Shown: positions 20,353 through 30,917, counted from the first letter of the stretch. The stretch: DNA of 64,000 nt from Maridesulfovibrio sp. (GCF_963666665.1 NZ_OY762999.1:3867954-3931953); one strand, 5' to 3'. Numbers and translations are program-made. Notes: generated by a model not told the origin, from the sequence alone.

Positions 20353-21909
20353 ATGTTTGGGGATTTTTTTCTGATTTTATTTGGAATCGCCCTGGGTGCC
20401 GCAGGCGGATACGCCCTGCATCGGTACGTGAATTCCAAACGTCTGGCTGATTCTCAAGGATTGGCTGACCGTATTGTCCAGGAAGCCCGTAAAGAAGCTG
20501 AAGCCATGAAAAAGGAAATCAAGCTTCAGGGTCAGGATGAAGTTTATGCTCTGAAAAAAGAGCAGGAAAATGAGTATAAAGAGATGGAGCGCGGCCTGAA
20601 AAGGCAGGAGGAACGTCTCCAGGAAAAAGAAGAGCGTCTTGAACACAAGCTTGAGAAAGTAGCCAGTAAAGAGTCCGAAGTTGTGGCTCTTGAAAAGCGT
20701 ATGATCAAGCAGGAAAAGAAGCTCGAAGGTCTTCGCGAAGATCTCGAAAGAAGAAAGGATGAGCACGAGCGCAAATTGCAGGAAGTCTCCGGACTGACTG
20801 TTGAAGAAGCGCGTGAAAAGCTCATGACCGAAATTGAAAGCAGGACCCGCCACGAGGCTGCCAAAATGGTTCGCGCCATTGAAATGGAAGCCAAGGAAGA
20901 GGGAACCCGCAAGGCCCGCAAGATTCTCGCCCTCGCTATCCAGCGTTACTCCGGCGATTACGTCAACGAACAGACTGTTACAGCTGTAACCCTTCCTTCC
21001 GAAGACATGAAGGGCCGCATTATCGGACGTGAAGGCCGCAACATCCGTGCTCTTGAAGCTGCTACCGGTGTTGACCTGATCATTGATGATACTCCGGAAA
21101 CAGTTGTTCTTTCCGCTTACAGTCCGCTGCGCCGCGAAGTGGCTAAGCAGGCTCTTGAGCGTCTGATCCACGATGGACGTATCCACCCCGCACGCATTGA
21201 AGACATAGTCAACAAGGTCGAGCAGGAAATGGACGTCAAACTGCGTGAAATTGGTGAGCAGGCAACTTTCGATGTAGGCGTACACGGTATTCATCCCGAA
21301 ATCGTCAAACTCATCGGTCAGCTGCAGTACCGTACCAGTTTCTCCCAGAACGTGCTTCAGCACTCACTTGAAGTGGCTTTCCTCTGTGGAATCATGGCTG
21401 CAGAACTGGGCATGGACGAGAAAATCGCCAAGCGCGCAGGCCTGCTGCACGATATCGGTAAGGCTGTTGACCACGAAATCGAAGGTCCTCACGCTGTTAT
21501 CGGTGCCGACCTTGCCAAGAAGCATGGTGAATCCAAAGAGATCATCCACGCTATTCAGGCTCACCACGAAGATGTTCCGCCCAAATCCGTACTCGCAACC
21601 CTCGTACAGGCTGCGGACTCCCTGTCCGGTGCCCGTCCCGGTGCACGTAAGGAACTGCTGGAAAACTACGTTAAGCGTCTTGAAGAGCTTGAAAACGTGG
21701 CTACCGGTTTCGACGGTGTTTCCAAAGCCTACGCCATTCAGGCGGGCCGTGAGATCAGGGTTATGGTTGATGCTGAAAAAGTATCTGACGATAACACCCA
21801 TATGCTCTGTAAGGACATTGCCACCAAGATTGAAAACAACATGACCTATCCAGGCCAGATTCGTGTGACCGTTATCCGCGAACGGCGCTCGGTGGGCTAT
21901 GCAAAGTAA
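20353..21909 (+). CDS. rny: ribonuclease Y
   Basis: N-terminal TM helix, a long Glu/Lys coiled coil, a KH domain (GRIIGREGRNIRALE) and an HD domain (LLHDIGKA); 518 aa. Confidence 0.95.
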   Translation: MFGDFFLILFGIALGAAGGYALHRYVNSKRLADSQGLADRIVQEARKEAEAMKKEIKLQGQDEVYALKKEQENEYKEMERGLKRQEERLQEKEERLEHKLEKVASKESEVVALEKRMIKQEKKLEGLREDLERRKDEHERKLQEVSGLTVEEAREKLMTEIESRTRHEAAKMVRAIEMEAKEEGTRKARKILALAIQRYSGDYVNEQTVTAVTLPSEDMKGRIIGREGRNIRALEAATGVDLIIDDTPETVVLSAYSPLRREVAKQALERLIHDGRIHPARIEDIVNKVEQEMDVKLREIGEQATFDVGVHGIHPEIVKLIGQLQYRTSFSQNVLQHSLEVAFLCGIMAAELGMDEKIAKRAGLLHDIGKAVDHEIEGPHAVIGADLAKKHGESKEIIHAIQAHHEDVPPKSVLATLVQAADSLSGARPGARKELLENYVKRLEELENVATGFDGVSKAYAIQAGREIRVMVDAEKVSDDNTHMLCKDIATKIENNMTYPGQIRVTVIRERRSVGYAK

Positions 21910-21920
21910 GTAACTTCCTG

Positions 21921-21949
21921 AAAGGCCCGGTTAACCGGGCCTTTTCTTT
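21921..21949 (+). terminator. intrinsic terminator after rny
   Basis: AAAGGCCCGG TTAA CCGGGCCTTTT hairpin followed by a T-rich tail. Confidence 0.7.
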
Positions 21950-21962
21950 ATTATCACATTCC

Positions 21963-22751
21963 ATGCGCATATTATTTCTCGGTGACATATTCGGCAGGCC
22001 CGGTCGTAAGGGGATCGCTGCAAAAGCTAAGGCGCTTCGTGAGGAGCTTGGTCTTGATCTGATCATTGCCAACGGGGAAAATGCGTCTCAGGGAATCGGG
22101 CTTTCAATCAAGAATGCCCAGCAGCTTCTTGATTACGGGATTGACCTTTTAACTTCCGGTAACCATATCTGGAAGTTCAGTAATATTTATTCTTTCTTAA
22201 AGACCAATGACCGGATCGTGCGTCCGGCGAACCTGCCGGAAGGAACTCGTGGAAGAGGCTGGACTTCTTTTGCTGTCCGTGGTGAAGTGCCCGTTGCGGT
22301 TATTAATCTGCAGGGACGGGTCTTTATGGACCCGGTGGAATGCCCGTTTAAATGTGCGGATAAAATTTTAGAGGAAATCGGCCCAGAGATTAAGGTCATA
22401 CTGGTTGATTTTCATGCTGAGGCCACTTCGGAGAAGCAGAGCCTCGGGCGCTACCTTGACGGGCGGGTCAGTGCCATGCTGGGCACCCACACCCATGTTC
22501 AGACCAATGATGCCCGCATTTTTGAAAACGGCACCGGCTATATAACCGATGCAGGTATGTGCGGTCCGGTTGAATCCTGTTTGGGCTTAAGTCCCAATCC
22601 GGTCATCAAACGCTTTGTGACCGGTCTTCCCCAGAAATGGAAAGTTGCTGGCGGCCCCATAGAATTACAAGGCGTGCTGCTAGAAATAGATGAAGAAACA
22701 GGTCGGACTGTCTCAATTGAGACATACAATTCGGGCCGGATGACCGTATAA
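21963..22751 (+). CDS. YmdB-like metallophosphoesterase (TIGR00282 family)
   Basis: Starts MRILFLGDIFGRPGR and carries the GNH and GTHTH metal-binding motifs. The rny-ymdB neighbourhood is conserved. Confidence 0.85.
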   Translation: MRILFLGDIFGRPGRKGIAAKAKALREELGLDLIIANGENASQGIGLSIKNAQQLLDYGIDLLTSGNHIWKFSNIYSFLKTNDRIVRPANLPEGTRGRGWTSFAVRGEVPVAVINLQGRVFMDPVECPFKCADKILEEIGPEIKVILVDFHAEATSEKQSLGRYLDGRVSAMLGTHTHVQTNDARIFENGTGYITDAGMCGPVESCLGLSPNPVIKRFVTGLPQKWKVAGGPIELQGVLLEIDEETGRTVSIETYNSGRMTV

Positions 22752-22983
22752 GAAAAGTTTCTATAAAAATATTGCTTATCGACGATTTTCCCCAGCAAAG
22801 CTTAACAAAAGGTTTTGGGATTCTTGCTCTAGCCCTTAGGCGAGAAGTTCTGTTTCGAGTCTTAGGGATAGCGACAGTGGAACAAACCCTTTGCAAAAAG
22901 ATTTGAGTCCGCCGGGAGGCTCGCCGAAGGCATAAAAAGCCTAATGCAGGCAAATAAATACATTCTTAAAGAGGTTTAACCAA

Positions 22984-24252
22984 ATGAACATTTATGATGA
23001 ACTTAAGTGGCGAGGGCTGATCAATCAGGTGTCTGACGAAGAGAAGGTACGCGAGTATCTGGATACTCCGGGTCAGTACATGTATTGCGGCTTCGACCCC
23101 ACTGCCGACAGCCTGCATATCGGTAACCTTGTTCCTTTGCTCAGCCTTGTACGTATGAAGCGTGCCGGTCACAATCCGCTGTTTCTTCTTGGTGGTGCAA
23201 CCGGACGTATCGGTGACCCCAGCGGTAAGGACAAGGAAAGGGAATTCTCTTCTATTGAAAAAATTGAATCTCAGGCTGCAAATATCAAAGCCCAGATTGA
23301 ATCTTTTGTTGAGCGCAATACCGGTGAGAAGGCCGAAGTAGTTAACAATTACGACTGGATGAAAGAGATCTCCTTTCTTGATATGCTGCGCGATGTGGGT
23401 AAGCATTTCACCATCAACTGGATGATGGCCAAGGAATCCGTAAAAGGCCGTTTCGGTCGTGATGATGTTGGTATTTCCTATACTGAATTCAGCTACATGC
23501 TTCTGCAGGGCTACGATTACTACCATCTTTTCATGGAAAAAGGCTGCCAGCTCCAGATTGGTGGCGGCGACCAGTGGGGCAACATCACCGCAGGTTGCGA
23601 ACTGATCCGCCGCAAGGCTCAGGGTGAAGGCTATGCAGTAACCTTTCCGCTGATCACAACCGCATCCGGCCAGAAGTTCGGTAAAAGTGAAGGCAACGCC
23701 GTATTCCTGAATCCTGAACTGACTTCTCCGTACACATTCTACCAGTTCTGGATCAATACTGATGACCGTGATGTAATCAGTTTCCTCAAGTACTTCACCT
23801 TCCTTACCGAGGAAGAGATTGCTGAGATCGCAAAAGAGCATGAGGAAGCTCCGCACATGCGTGCCGCTCACAAGCGTCTTGCCGAAGAAACAACCATCAT
23901 GATTCACGGTAAGGAAGAACTGGAAAAGGTTCAGGCCGCAACCGCAGCTCTGTTCGGCAATGGCGATATCATGTCTGTTGATGCCGCAACCCTGCGCGGT
24001 GCCATGGAAGCTGCTCCCGGCGTTGAATACGCTAAGGCAGACCTGCCCGATCTGCCCCAGATCCTGCTCGACCTCGGCATGGTTAAATCCAAAGGTCAGG
24101 CCCGCAAGGATATTCAGGGTGGTGGATTGTACATTAACAACGAACGTGTCTCCGAGTTCGATTATGTTCCCGGCGAGAATGACTTTATCGGCGGTGAATG
24201 CATGCTCATCCGCAAAGGTAAAAAGAACTACGGTTTAGTTACCGTTAAATAA
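22984..24252 (+). CDS. tyrS: tyrosine--tRNA ligase
   Basis: HIGH-type motif (SLHIGNL), KMSKS-type motif (KFGKS) and a C-terminal S4-like domain; 422 aa. Confidence 0.95.
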   Translation: MNIYDELKWRGLINQVSDEEKVREYLDTPGQYMYCGFDPTADSLHIGNLVPLLSLVRMKRAGHNPLFLLGGATGRIGDPSGKDKEREFSSIEKIESQAANIKAQIESFVERNTGEKAEVVNNYDWMKEISFLDMLRDVGKHFTINWMMAKESVKGRFGRDDVGISYTEFSYMLLQGYDYYHLFMEKGCQLQIGGGDQWGNITAGCELIRRKAQGEGYAVTFPLITTASGQKFGKSEGNAVFLNPELTSPYTFYQFWINTDDRDVISFLKYFTFLTEEEIAEIAKEHEEAPHMRAAHKRLAEETTIMIHGKEELEKVQAATAALFGNGDIMSVDAATLRGAMEAAPGVEYAKADLPDLPQILLDLGMVKSKGQARKDIQGGGLYINNERVSEFDYVPGENDFIGGECMLIRKGKKNYGLVTVK

Positions 24253-24277
24253 ATAAAGTCCAATACGGATTGATTTG

Positions 24278-24310
24278 GCCCGCTGGAAGATCCTTTCAGC
24301 GGGCTTTATT
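24278..24310 (+). terminator. intrinsic terminator after tyrS
   Basis: GCCCGCTG ... CAGCGGGC stem followed by TTTATT. Confidence 0.7.
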
Positions 24311-24379
24311 GTGCATACTGCTTTGCAATCAGGATTAAGCAATGTATTGTGTGCATGCAATTTGAGTAGAGGGTAGTTT

Positions 24380-24823
24380 ATGCGACTGTTTTTCATTGTA
24401 ATGTCATTTCTCTTTGGTGCTCTTGCGCCAACTCAGGCCGGAGTTAACCTCAAGCTGCGCGGCTTTGTGGGCGATCCTGTTTTAGCTGCCATTGTTTCTT
24501 TTGCTGTCGGGACATTGAGTCTGCTGGTTTATGCCTATTTTACCAAGGTTCCGCTTCCGGAAGGTTCGACTGTCTTAAAAGGACCGTGGTGGATGTGGAC
24601 CGGCGGATTTATGGGCGCTTTCTTTGTGGCGGCGGCAGTGGTTGTTGCCCCGGTGCTGGGTGCCGGAACAATGATGTGCTGGATGGTTGCCGGGCAAATG
24701 GCTGCTTCCCTTGTGCTGGACCACTACGGAATCATAGGGTATGCCGTGCGGGAGGCAACGATGGGCCGTATTGTCGGCGCTTTGCTGGTCGTTGTCGGCG
24801 CAGTGCTGATTGAGAAATTTTAG
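24380..24823 (+). CDS. DMT-superfamily membrane protein, YdcZ/DUF606-like
   Basis: 147 aa with about 5 TM helices. The N-terminus (APTQAGVNLKLRGFVGDPVLAAIVSF) is YdcZ-like. Confidence 0.65.
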   Translation: MRLFFIVMSFLFGALAPTQAGVNLKLRGFVGDPVLAAIVSFAVGTLSLLVYAYFTKVPLPEGSTVLKGPWWMWTGGFMGAFFVAAAVVVAPVLGAGTMMCWMVAGQMAASLVLDHYGIIGYAVREATMGRIVGALLVVVGAVLIEKF

Positions 24824-24846
24824 GTTAAATATCAAGGAGTGGGGTT

Positions 24847-25731
24847 TTGAAGGATATTCTTTGCAAGTACTTGAAGAAGCTATGGGAAAATACTGTTCTG
24901 GTCTGCCGGATGGTCAAGATTGAACACTCCATTTTTGCTCTGCCGTTCGCTTATATGGGTGTTTTTTTGGCCAGCGGAACTTGGCCGGAATTCAAGCCTT
25001 TTGCCCTGCTGACCGTGGCTATGGTGGCTGTGCGCTCCTTTGCCATGGCTGTGAACAGGCTTTTTGATATCAATATCGACAGTGAAAATCCGCGTACCCG
25101 GACTCGCCCGCTTGTTACCGGGGAACTTACTCCTTTCTTTACTTTCTGCTTTATCGCGGTTTGTGCCGTTGTTTTTGTTTTCGCTTGCAAGGGCATGAAT
25201 GAACTTTGTTACAAGCTTTCCTTTTTTGCGCTGGGTTGGTCGGCTTTTTATTCCCTGACCAAACGTTTCACCATGCTTTGTCATTTTGTGCTTGGCTCAG
25301 TGCTTGGTCTGGCTCCTGTTGCAGGCTGGCTCTGTGTTGATCCTAATTTTTCCCTGCCCGCGATTTTGTTCTTCTTCGGGGTTACTTTCTGGGTGGCCGG
25401 ATTCGATATTCTCTACGCTACTCAGGACCGTAAATTCGACCGTAACCGGGGACTTAATTCCGTTCCGGCTAATCTCGGTATCCAGAAGGCTTTGACCATA
25501 TCAACCTTCAGTCACATTAATACGGTCATCTTTTTCGCGCTGGCCGGGCTGGCAGCCGGACTGGGCTGGATTTATTTTTCCACCCTCGCTGTAGTGGGCG
25601 GAATTCTCATTTTTGAACATCAGGTAATATCTGCTGAAGATATGAGCCGGGTTAATATGGCTTTTTTCACTTTGAACGGAGTGATTTCAGTACTCCTGTT
25701 CTTGGGTACTTTTGCCGACATAATGGTTTAG
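24847..25731 (+). CDS. UbiA-family aromatic prenyltransferase (4-hydroxybenzoate polyprenyltransferase-like)
   Basis: Polytopic protein with the Asp-rich NRLFDINID and YATQDRKFD motifs typical of UbiA prenyltransferases. TTG start preceded by AAGGAG. Confidence 0.8.
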   Translation: MKDILCKYLKKLWENTVLVCRMVKIEHSIFALPFAYMGVFLASGTWPEFKPFALLTVAMVAVRSFAMAVNRLFDINIDSENPRTRTRPLVTGELTPFFTFCFIAVCAVVFVFACKGMNELCYKLSFFALGWSAFYSLTKRFTMLCHFVLGSVLGLAPVAGWLCVDPNFSLPAILFFFGVTFWVAGFDILYATQDRKFDRNRGLNSVPANLGIQKALTISTFSHINTVIFFALAGLAAGLGWIYFSTLAVVGGILIFEHQVISAEDMSRVNMAFFTLNGVISVLLFLGTFADIMV

Positions 25732-25795
25732 ACTGCCGTACGTAAATATTTGCGTAGAATCCGCAGATTAAAAATATCTTAGTTACGAATAGGTT

Positions 25796-25836
25796 ACGGA
25801 GTCAGTGTAATACACTGACTCCGTTTGTATTTTTTT
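25796..25836 (+). terminator. intrinsic terminator after the UbiA-family gene
   Basis: ACGGAGTCAGTGT / ACACTGACTCCGT stem followed by a T-rich run. Confidence 0.75.
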
Positions 25837-26061
25837 AATATATCAAAACGAGTAGACAAGCTCTTATATAGTGTTTAGAAGCGAATTTGCGAGGTTTATT
25901 GAAGGTTCGGCTTTGGAAGGCTAAAAATACTCTTAATTCTACCGATATATTATTGTATCATATACGAATATAACCTTCGTTTGTGGAGACGAGGTGAATC
26001 GGTAGAAAGGGATGATCGGATAATTCAGTTGGTTATTCGCATTTAGCTGGGAGAAGTTGAT

Positions 26062-27645
26062 ATGGAGAATGGAAATGGAAAATTCATGCGTACTGTCGCA
26101 TGGATTTATTTTGGGGTGTTAGTTGTCGCTGCAGCCTTTTGCGGCGTGATCTTAACTGGTTTCAGCAATGAACCGTGGGCTATTACCGGGCTGGCTTTCG
26201 GCTTGATAGCACTTCTGGCCTTGCTTGGAATATGTATTTTTACCGTTCTTAAAAATCAGGTCGTCCGACCTGTTGAATGCCTTACAAATTTTGCCAATCT
26301 GGTGATCAAGGGTAAATACTCCGAAGCTGATAAATGCTCCAGTCCGGGGCTTGACGGCTTGCGTGCTGCTGTGAGCGATTTGAGTGATTCTTATAAGGAA
26401 CGCCTTGGCTTCAGCACCAGTATTCTTGAAGGCCTGCCTCTTGGTTGCTGCATTGTAGACACTAAGGAACACATCACTTTTCTCAACAAAGAAATTCTGG
26501 AAATGATCGGTTCCCGCGAGAAACCTGCTTCATATCATGGACGCATGATTTCCCAGATTTTTTACCATGATGATCGCAAGTCCCTGATCGGTCACTGTAT
26601 GGATGACGATACCCGGGCTATGAACCGCGAAGTCATTTTCAAGCATGTGGACGGTAGTGATATTAATATTCTGGCCAACCTGTTTCCCCTGCATGATGTG
26701 GTTGGCAATGTTATCGGCGGATGCTGTCTGTATATCAACACTACAGAATTAAAGCAGCGTGAAGCGCATATCCTTGATCAGAATGAACTTATCGCCAGAG
26801 CTGCTGACCAGGCCGATTCTGTTGTTTATGATTTGAGCAGCGCGGCTGAACAGTTACGTGGATTGGTCGGTGAGGCCCGCAAGGGAGCCATGGTTCAGAG
26901 TGAGGAAGCCGGACAGGCCGCTACTGCCATGGAAGAAATGAATGCCACTGTGCTCGAAGTAGCCCGCCATGCGCAGGAAGCCGCAAGTGATGCTGATAAA
27001 GCAAAGGCTGAAGCTGAGAAAGGTGAAGATATTGTTGCCGGTGTTGTCAGTGCAATTGATGAAGTTTCCGGGCAGGCCAATTCGCTGAAAGCGTCCATGG
27101 AAGATTTGGATATCAAAGCTGAAGCTATCGGTAATGTGCTCAGCGTGATTGAGGATATTGCTGACCAGACCAACCTGCTGGCTTTGAATGCTGCAATTGA
27201 GGCTGCACGTGCCGGTGAAGCCGGACGAGGATTTGCCGTTGTAGCAGATGAAGTCCGCAAGCTTGCGGAGAAAACCGTACAGGCAACAACCGAGGTTCAT
27301 CAGGCTGTTTCAAATATTCAGCAGGGAGCTAAGACTAACGTTAAGGCTACCGAAGCCGCGGTTGAGTCAGTTGCCCGCAGTACCTCGCTGGCCGGGGAAT
27401 CCGGTGAGGCTTTGGCGCGCATCGTCTCCATGTCCGAGGAGACTTCCGACCGGATCAGGTCTATCGCTACCGCTGCTGAGCAACAGGCTGCAGCAAGTGA
27501 GCAGATTAACCGTTCCACTGAGACGGTTAACCGCATTTCAAACGAGACCGAACAGGCCATGGTCGAATCCTCAGCGGCCATTGAAAAACTGGCCAAGCTG
27601 GCGGATGATCTTTCCGGTATTATTCACGGAATGCAGAAGAAATAA
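26062..27645 (+). CDS. methyl-accepting chemotaxis protein with a TM hairpin and a cytoplasmic PAS domain
   Basis: Two TM helices separated by only about 8 residues, a PAS-like region and the conserved MCP hairpin [40 protein letters not shown]. Confidence 0.9.
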   Translation: MENGNGKFMRTVAWIYFGVLVVAAAFCGVILTGFSNEPWAITGLAFGLIALLALLGICIFTVLKNQVVRPVECLTNFANLVIKGKYSEADKCSSPGLDGLRAAVSDLSDSYKERLGFSTSILEGLPLGCCIVDTKEHITFLNKEILEMIGSREKPASYHGRMISQIFYHDDRKSLIGHCMDDDTRAMNREVIFKHVDGSDINILANLFPLHDVVGNVIGGCCLYINTTELKQREAHILDQNELIARAADQADSVVYDLSSAAEQLRGLVGEARKGAMVQSEEAGQAATAMEEMNATVLEVARHAQEAASDADKAKAEAEKGEDIVAGVVSAIDEVSGQANSLKASMEDLDIKAEAIGNVLSVIEDIADQTNLLALNAAIEAARAGEAGRGFAVVADEVRKLAEKTVQATTEVHQAVSNIQQGAKTNVKATEAAVESVARSTSLAGESGEALARIVSMSEETSDRIRSIATAAEQQAAASEQINRSTETVNRISNETEQAMVESSAAIEKLAKLADDLSGIIHGMQKK

Positions 27646-27648
27646 ATT

Positions 27649-27688
27649 AAAAAGCGGGGCAGGTTCTACAGAACCTGCCCCGCTTTTT
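27649..27688. terminator. bidirectional intrinsic terminator between the convergent MCP and HDAC-like genes
   Basis: A-tract, then GCGGGGCAGGTTC / GAACCTGCCCCGC stem, then T-tract. Confidence 0.85.
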
Positions 27689-27742
27689 GTTAGGCGTTGA
27701 ACGCACCTATCCCCTCAGCCTGAGGAGTTTTCGTTTTTTTTG

Positions 27743-29062
27743 TCAAAATCCGTAGCGCAGGTAGTCCTTGTCTTTGCGGTTGATCAGCTGAATGTAGCGG
27801 TAGCGGCTTTTGACCTGTGCTTCTTCCAAAAGCGAATAGCCTTGATTACGGCACTTGTCGCAGGCTGCAGCAGGTATTTCAAGGCCAAAACCCATAGGAC
27901 CGCCTTCGCGCTGGGTCTCCACCTTAAGTAATCCCCGGCAGTCCTCGCAAAGCATCAGGGATTCGGTCTGTGATTCAGTGAATCCTTCAGTATCGTAGAA
28001 AATATTACGATGGCGAACGGACCAGCCTCCGCTGATGACGCCTTCACTGCTTTTTGTGGGAGGATTGAAATAGATGTCCTTAACGCCTTCGCAGATGTTT
28101 GCGATATAATTCATTATTTCTTCGGACTCCCTGAGGGTCTCAGGGTTGAAACCCGGCTCGCGCACATGGGAATAGTCCACTCCGGCCATGGCCAGACTGA
28201 TGCCCAGATTTACGTAAGGCAGGGCTCCCTGAATAGCATAGCCGCCTTCAAGTACGGCAATATCGGGCTTGAGCATGGAGTTGAGAGCTGCATAGCCCTG
28301 TGCCGAGAAATTCATGTTGGTGATCGGATCGGTGAAATGGTTGTCCTGTCCGGCGGAGTTGATGATTAAGTCCGGTTTGAAGTCTTCAAGAATAGGCATA
28401 ACCGCATTCTCCATGACCATCATGAATCCGGCATCGGATGTGCCGGGGGGCAGGGGGATATTCACCGTGCGTCCGAGCGCTTTGGGGCCGCCTGATTCCT
28501 TGGGGAATCCGGTTCCCGGATAGAGGGTGCGCCCATCCTGATGCAGGGATATGAACAGGGTGTCGGGGTCATGCCAGTAAACATCCTGTGTGCCGTCTCC
28601 GTGATGGCAGTCGGTATCCACAATGGCGATGCGCTTGGGACCGTAATGTTCACGGATGTATTCGCACATAATAGCTTCTATGTTGATGGCGCAGAATCCG
28701 CGTGATCCCTGTACTGTCTTCATGGCGTGGTGTCCCGGCGGCCGTACGAGTGCAAAGGCCCGGTCCCTTTCGCCTTCCAGAATAAGTTGTGCTGCTTTGA
28801 TGGCCCCGCCTGCGGAAATGTAGTGCGAACGGGTTGCAACGGCCTCGGCTTCGGGAAAGCAGAAATGAACCCGTTCAATATCTTCGCTGGAGGCAACTTC
28901 GGGCTTGTATTCGCGGATACCTTCGATGTCGAAGAGTCCTTCTTCGCGCAGCTGGTCCTGCGTGTAGAGCAATCTTTCTTCCCTTTCCGGATGGGTGGGG
29001 GAAATTGCCCAGTCAAAGGCGGGGAAAAATATGATTCCCAGACTGTTTTCAGCCTTGAGCAT
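27743..29062 (-). CDS. histone deacetylase-family amidohydrolase (AcuC/Aph-like) with a C-terminal CxxC...CxxC extension
   Basis: Carries RPPGHHA, DTDCHHGDGTQ and EGGY catalytic/zinc motifs. An extra tail of about 70 aa contains CEDC and CDKC pairs. Confidence 0.85.
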   Translation of the reverse strand: MLKAENSLGIIFFPAFDWAISPTHPEREERLLYTQDQLREEGLFDIEGIREYKPEVASSEDIERVHFCFPEAEAVATRSHYISAGGAIKAAQLILEGERDRAFALVRPPGHHAMKTVQGSRGFCAINIEAIMCEYIREHYGPKRIAIVDTDCHHGDGTQDVYWHDPDTLFISLHQDGRTLYPGTGFPKESGGPKALGRTVNIPLPPGTSDAGFMMVMENAVMPILEDFKPDLIINSAGQDNHFTDPITNMNFSAQGYAALNSMLKPDIAVLEGGYAIQGALPYVNLGISLAMAGVDYSHVREPGFNPETLRESEEIMNYIANICEGVKDIYFNPPTKSSEGVISGGWSVRHRNIFYDTEGFTESQTESLMLCEDCRGLLKVETQREGGPMGFGLEIPAAACDKCRNQGYSLLEEAQVKSRYRYIQLINRKDKDYLRYGF

Positions 29063-29074
29063 TCTAAACTCCGT

Positions 29075-30772
29075 TTATGAATATGTCCGGTCCACGCCGG
29101 GTTTTATCTGACATTTTACCCTGATATTGCGCCCGACAGTACTGGCCCCGTTAACCATATTAAATGATGAGGAACTGGTGATCTGGGCATTGGAACCGTC
29201 TGAGGCCACATGCATTTCGCCGAGATGGGCCAGCAGGTGGTTCATGGCGTCTCTTTCCGCATCTTCGATCTTGTAATTGCGGGGGATGTTCTCACGGTGT
29301 CCCAAAGAGGGGATGAACATGAGTCCGCGTTCGGTGTCGGCGAAGAGTTCCAGCTCGGTGGTTGTACGGGTCAGGGCCGCGCCGATTGCGTTTGCTACGT
29401 CGTAGTTTTGCGGAACTTCAGTCGAAAGTCGGAACTTGCGGAAGATATCCATTTTCATGGCCTGTGCCGGGCCGCCCATTATGTATATCTTGCGGGGGAT
29501 AATTTTTCTGTTCTCCAGCAATTCGTGGATGGTGTAGACCGGCTGCTGGTTGATCTCGTCCACTAGGCAGCGGGTGGAGTCATGGATTTTCTCTATTGCG
29601 TATCCGATGGCCTGATCTGCAAGTTCTTCAGCTTCAAAGCCGTGTTTAGCGGCAAAAGCACTAAATCCTGATTTCGAACGTTCTGTGTTGCCGCAGTCGC
29701 AGGAACCCTTCCAGATAAGCGCGTCAGTGAGGGTCGGGATTTCACCTCCGAAGGCAATGGACGGGCCGAGACGGTTGGGACCGACCCGGACGCTGCCGTC
29801 AAACATTGATATGGCCGAATCCCCGCCGATGCCGATGGAGTGGACTTTTAATGCCCGAACAAGGGTGGGGTGGGAGCCGATGTGGATGCCTTCCTGCTCT
29901 ATAAGCGGGCTTCCCCCGGCGAAAATTGCAATGTCTGTGGTGGTCCCGCCGATATCGTAGATGATGGAATCGTGGGTGATGTTGCACAGGGCAATGATGC
30001 CCATGACACTCGCTGCTGGGCCGGAAAAGATGGATTGCACCGGAACCCTGCGTGAAAGCTCCAGCGGCATGGTTCCGCCGTCCGCTTTGAGAATGTTGAC
30101 CTTGATCTGACCGAGTCCCATTTCATCAAGGGTCTCGGCAATGGCATCTGCGAACTTGTTGAAGACCCGCCAGACCGCACAGTTATAGAAGGCGGTGGAA
30201 ATGCGGCGCGGGAAGTTAAGTCTTCCGGTGAGCTGGTGACCTAAAGTGATGAAGTCCGCATTGTCGCCGATGGCCAGTTCAATGGATTTTTCATGGGCCG
30301 GGTTGCGGGGGGAAAATTTGGTGACTGCTGCATATACTTTGATTCCGGATTTACGGCAGGAAGCAATCGCTTCTTCAAGGGAGAGGTTGTCAAGCCGTTT
30401 GGTTTCCGAACCGCGGTGATCCAGCGATCCGGGGATAACGTGGAAATCCTTGCAGATCATGAAAGAATGGGGGTCGAGCCCCGGACCTGCGGAGACTATT
30501 ACGCCCACATCTTCGTAGTTTCCTTCAACAATGGAGTTGGTAGACAGGGTTGTGGACAGGTTCAGCTGGCGTATGCGGGAAGGGTCGGTGTGGCGGAGAA
30601 TTTCTCCAAGGCTGGTCCTGATGGAGGAGAGCAAGTTGTCATGTTCTGTGGCAACCTTGACCTGCGCTTCCAGTCCGTCTGGGCCTATGGCAACAGCGTC
30701 TGTGTGGGTTCCGCCGACATCAATTCCAAGAAGGAGCATCTGGTAATTCCTTGAATTCTTCCCCCGTTTCAT
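29075..30772 (-). CDS. hydantoinase/oxoprolinase-family (HyuA-like, ASKHA fold) protein
   Basis: The N-terminal LLLGIDVGGTHTD and later DIGGTTTD phosphate-binding motifs are typical of Hydantoinase_A. The alternative start ATG 30739 (MLLLGIDVGG) has a better AAGGA ribosome-binding site. Confidence 0.8.
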   Translation of the reverse strand: MKRGKNSRNYQMLLLGIDVGGTHTDAVAIGPDGLEAQVKVATEHDNLLSSIRTSLGEILRHTDPSRIRQLNLSTTLSTNSIVEGNYEDVGVIVSAGPGLDPHSFMICKDFHVIPGSLDHRGSETKRLDNLSLEEAIASCRKSGIKVYAAVTKFSPRNPAHEKSIELAIGDNADFITLGHQLTGRLNFPRRISTAFYNCAVWRVFNKFADAIAETLDEMGLGQIKVNILKADGGTMPLELSRRVPVQSIFSGPAASVMGIIALCNITHDSIIYDIGGTTTDIAIFAGGSPLIEQEGIHIGSHPTLVRALKVHSIGIGGDSAISMFDGSVRVGPNRLGPSIAFGGEIPTLTDALIWKGSCDCGNTERSKSGFSAFAAKHGFEAEELADQAIGYAIEKIHDSTRCLVDEINQQPVYTIHELLENRKIIPRKIYIMGGPAQAMKMDIFRKFRLSTEVPQNYDVANAIGAALTRTTTELELFADTERGLMFIPSLGHRENIPRNYKIEDAERDAMNHLLAHLGEMHVASDGSNAQITSSSSFNMVNGASTVGRNIRVKCQIKPGVDRTYS

Positions 30773-30917
30773 GCGGGAGGCTGGTGAGCAGTATTACATT
30801 AATGAATAGATCCATTTATTTCTCTAGCACCCGGCCAATGTTGACGTCCAGAGCTTTTACCGTCAGCGGCTTGATGTGTTCCGTGAGCGGTTTCATGCTT
30901 CTACTTTGCGGAGGACG

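Noticed and set aside
20377-21363. 328-aa ORF antisense to rny. Similar long antisense ORFs lie at 22966..23907 (tyrS), 34573..35601 (amtB), 50236..51087 (folD), 39372..40106 (MCP), 14435..15289 (atpA/atpG) and 13532..14128 (atpA).
   Set aside because: All lie opposite genes with strong family signatures. None has an independent start context or motifs.
22752-22983. Possible T-box leader upstream of tyrS
   Set aside because: I could not find the conserved T-box sequence (AANNNGGGTGGTACCGCG-like) or a specifier-loop arrangement with a UAC codon. Only short, unconvincing hairpins are present.
30740-30917. Sigma-54 promoter expected between the activator gene and the hydantoinase-like gene
   Set aside because: No GG-N10-GC element with TGGCAC-like context occurs on the minus strand. 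The closest candidate, TTGGCCGGGTGCT, has the wrong spacing.
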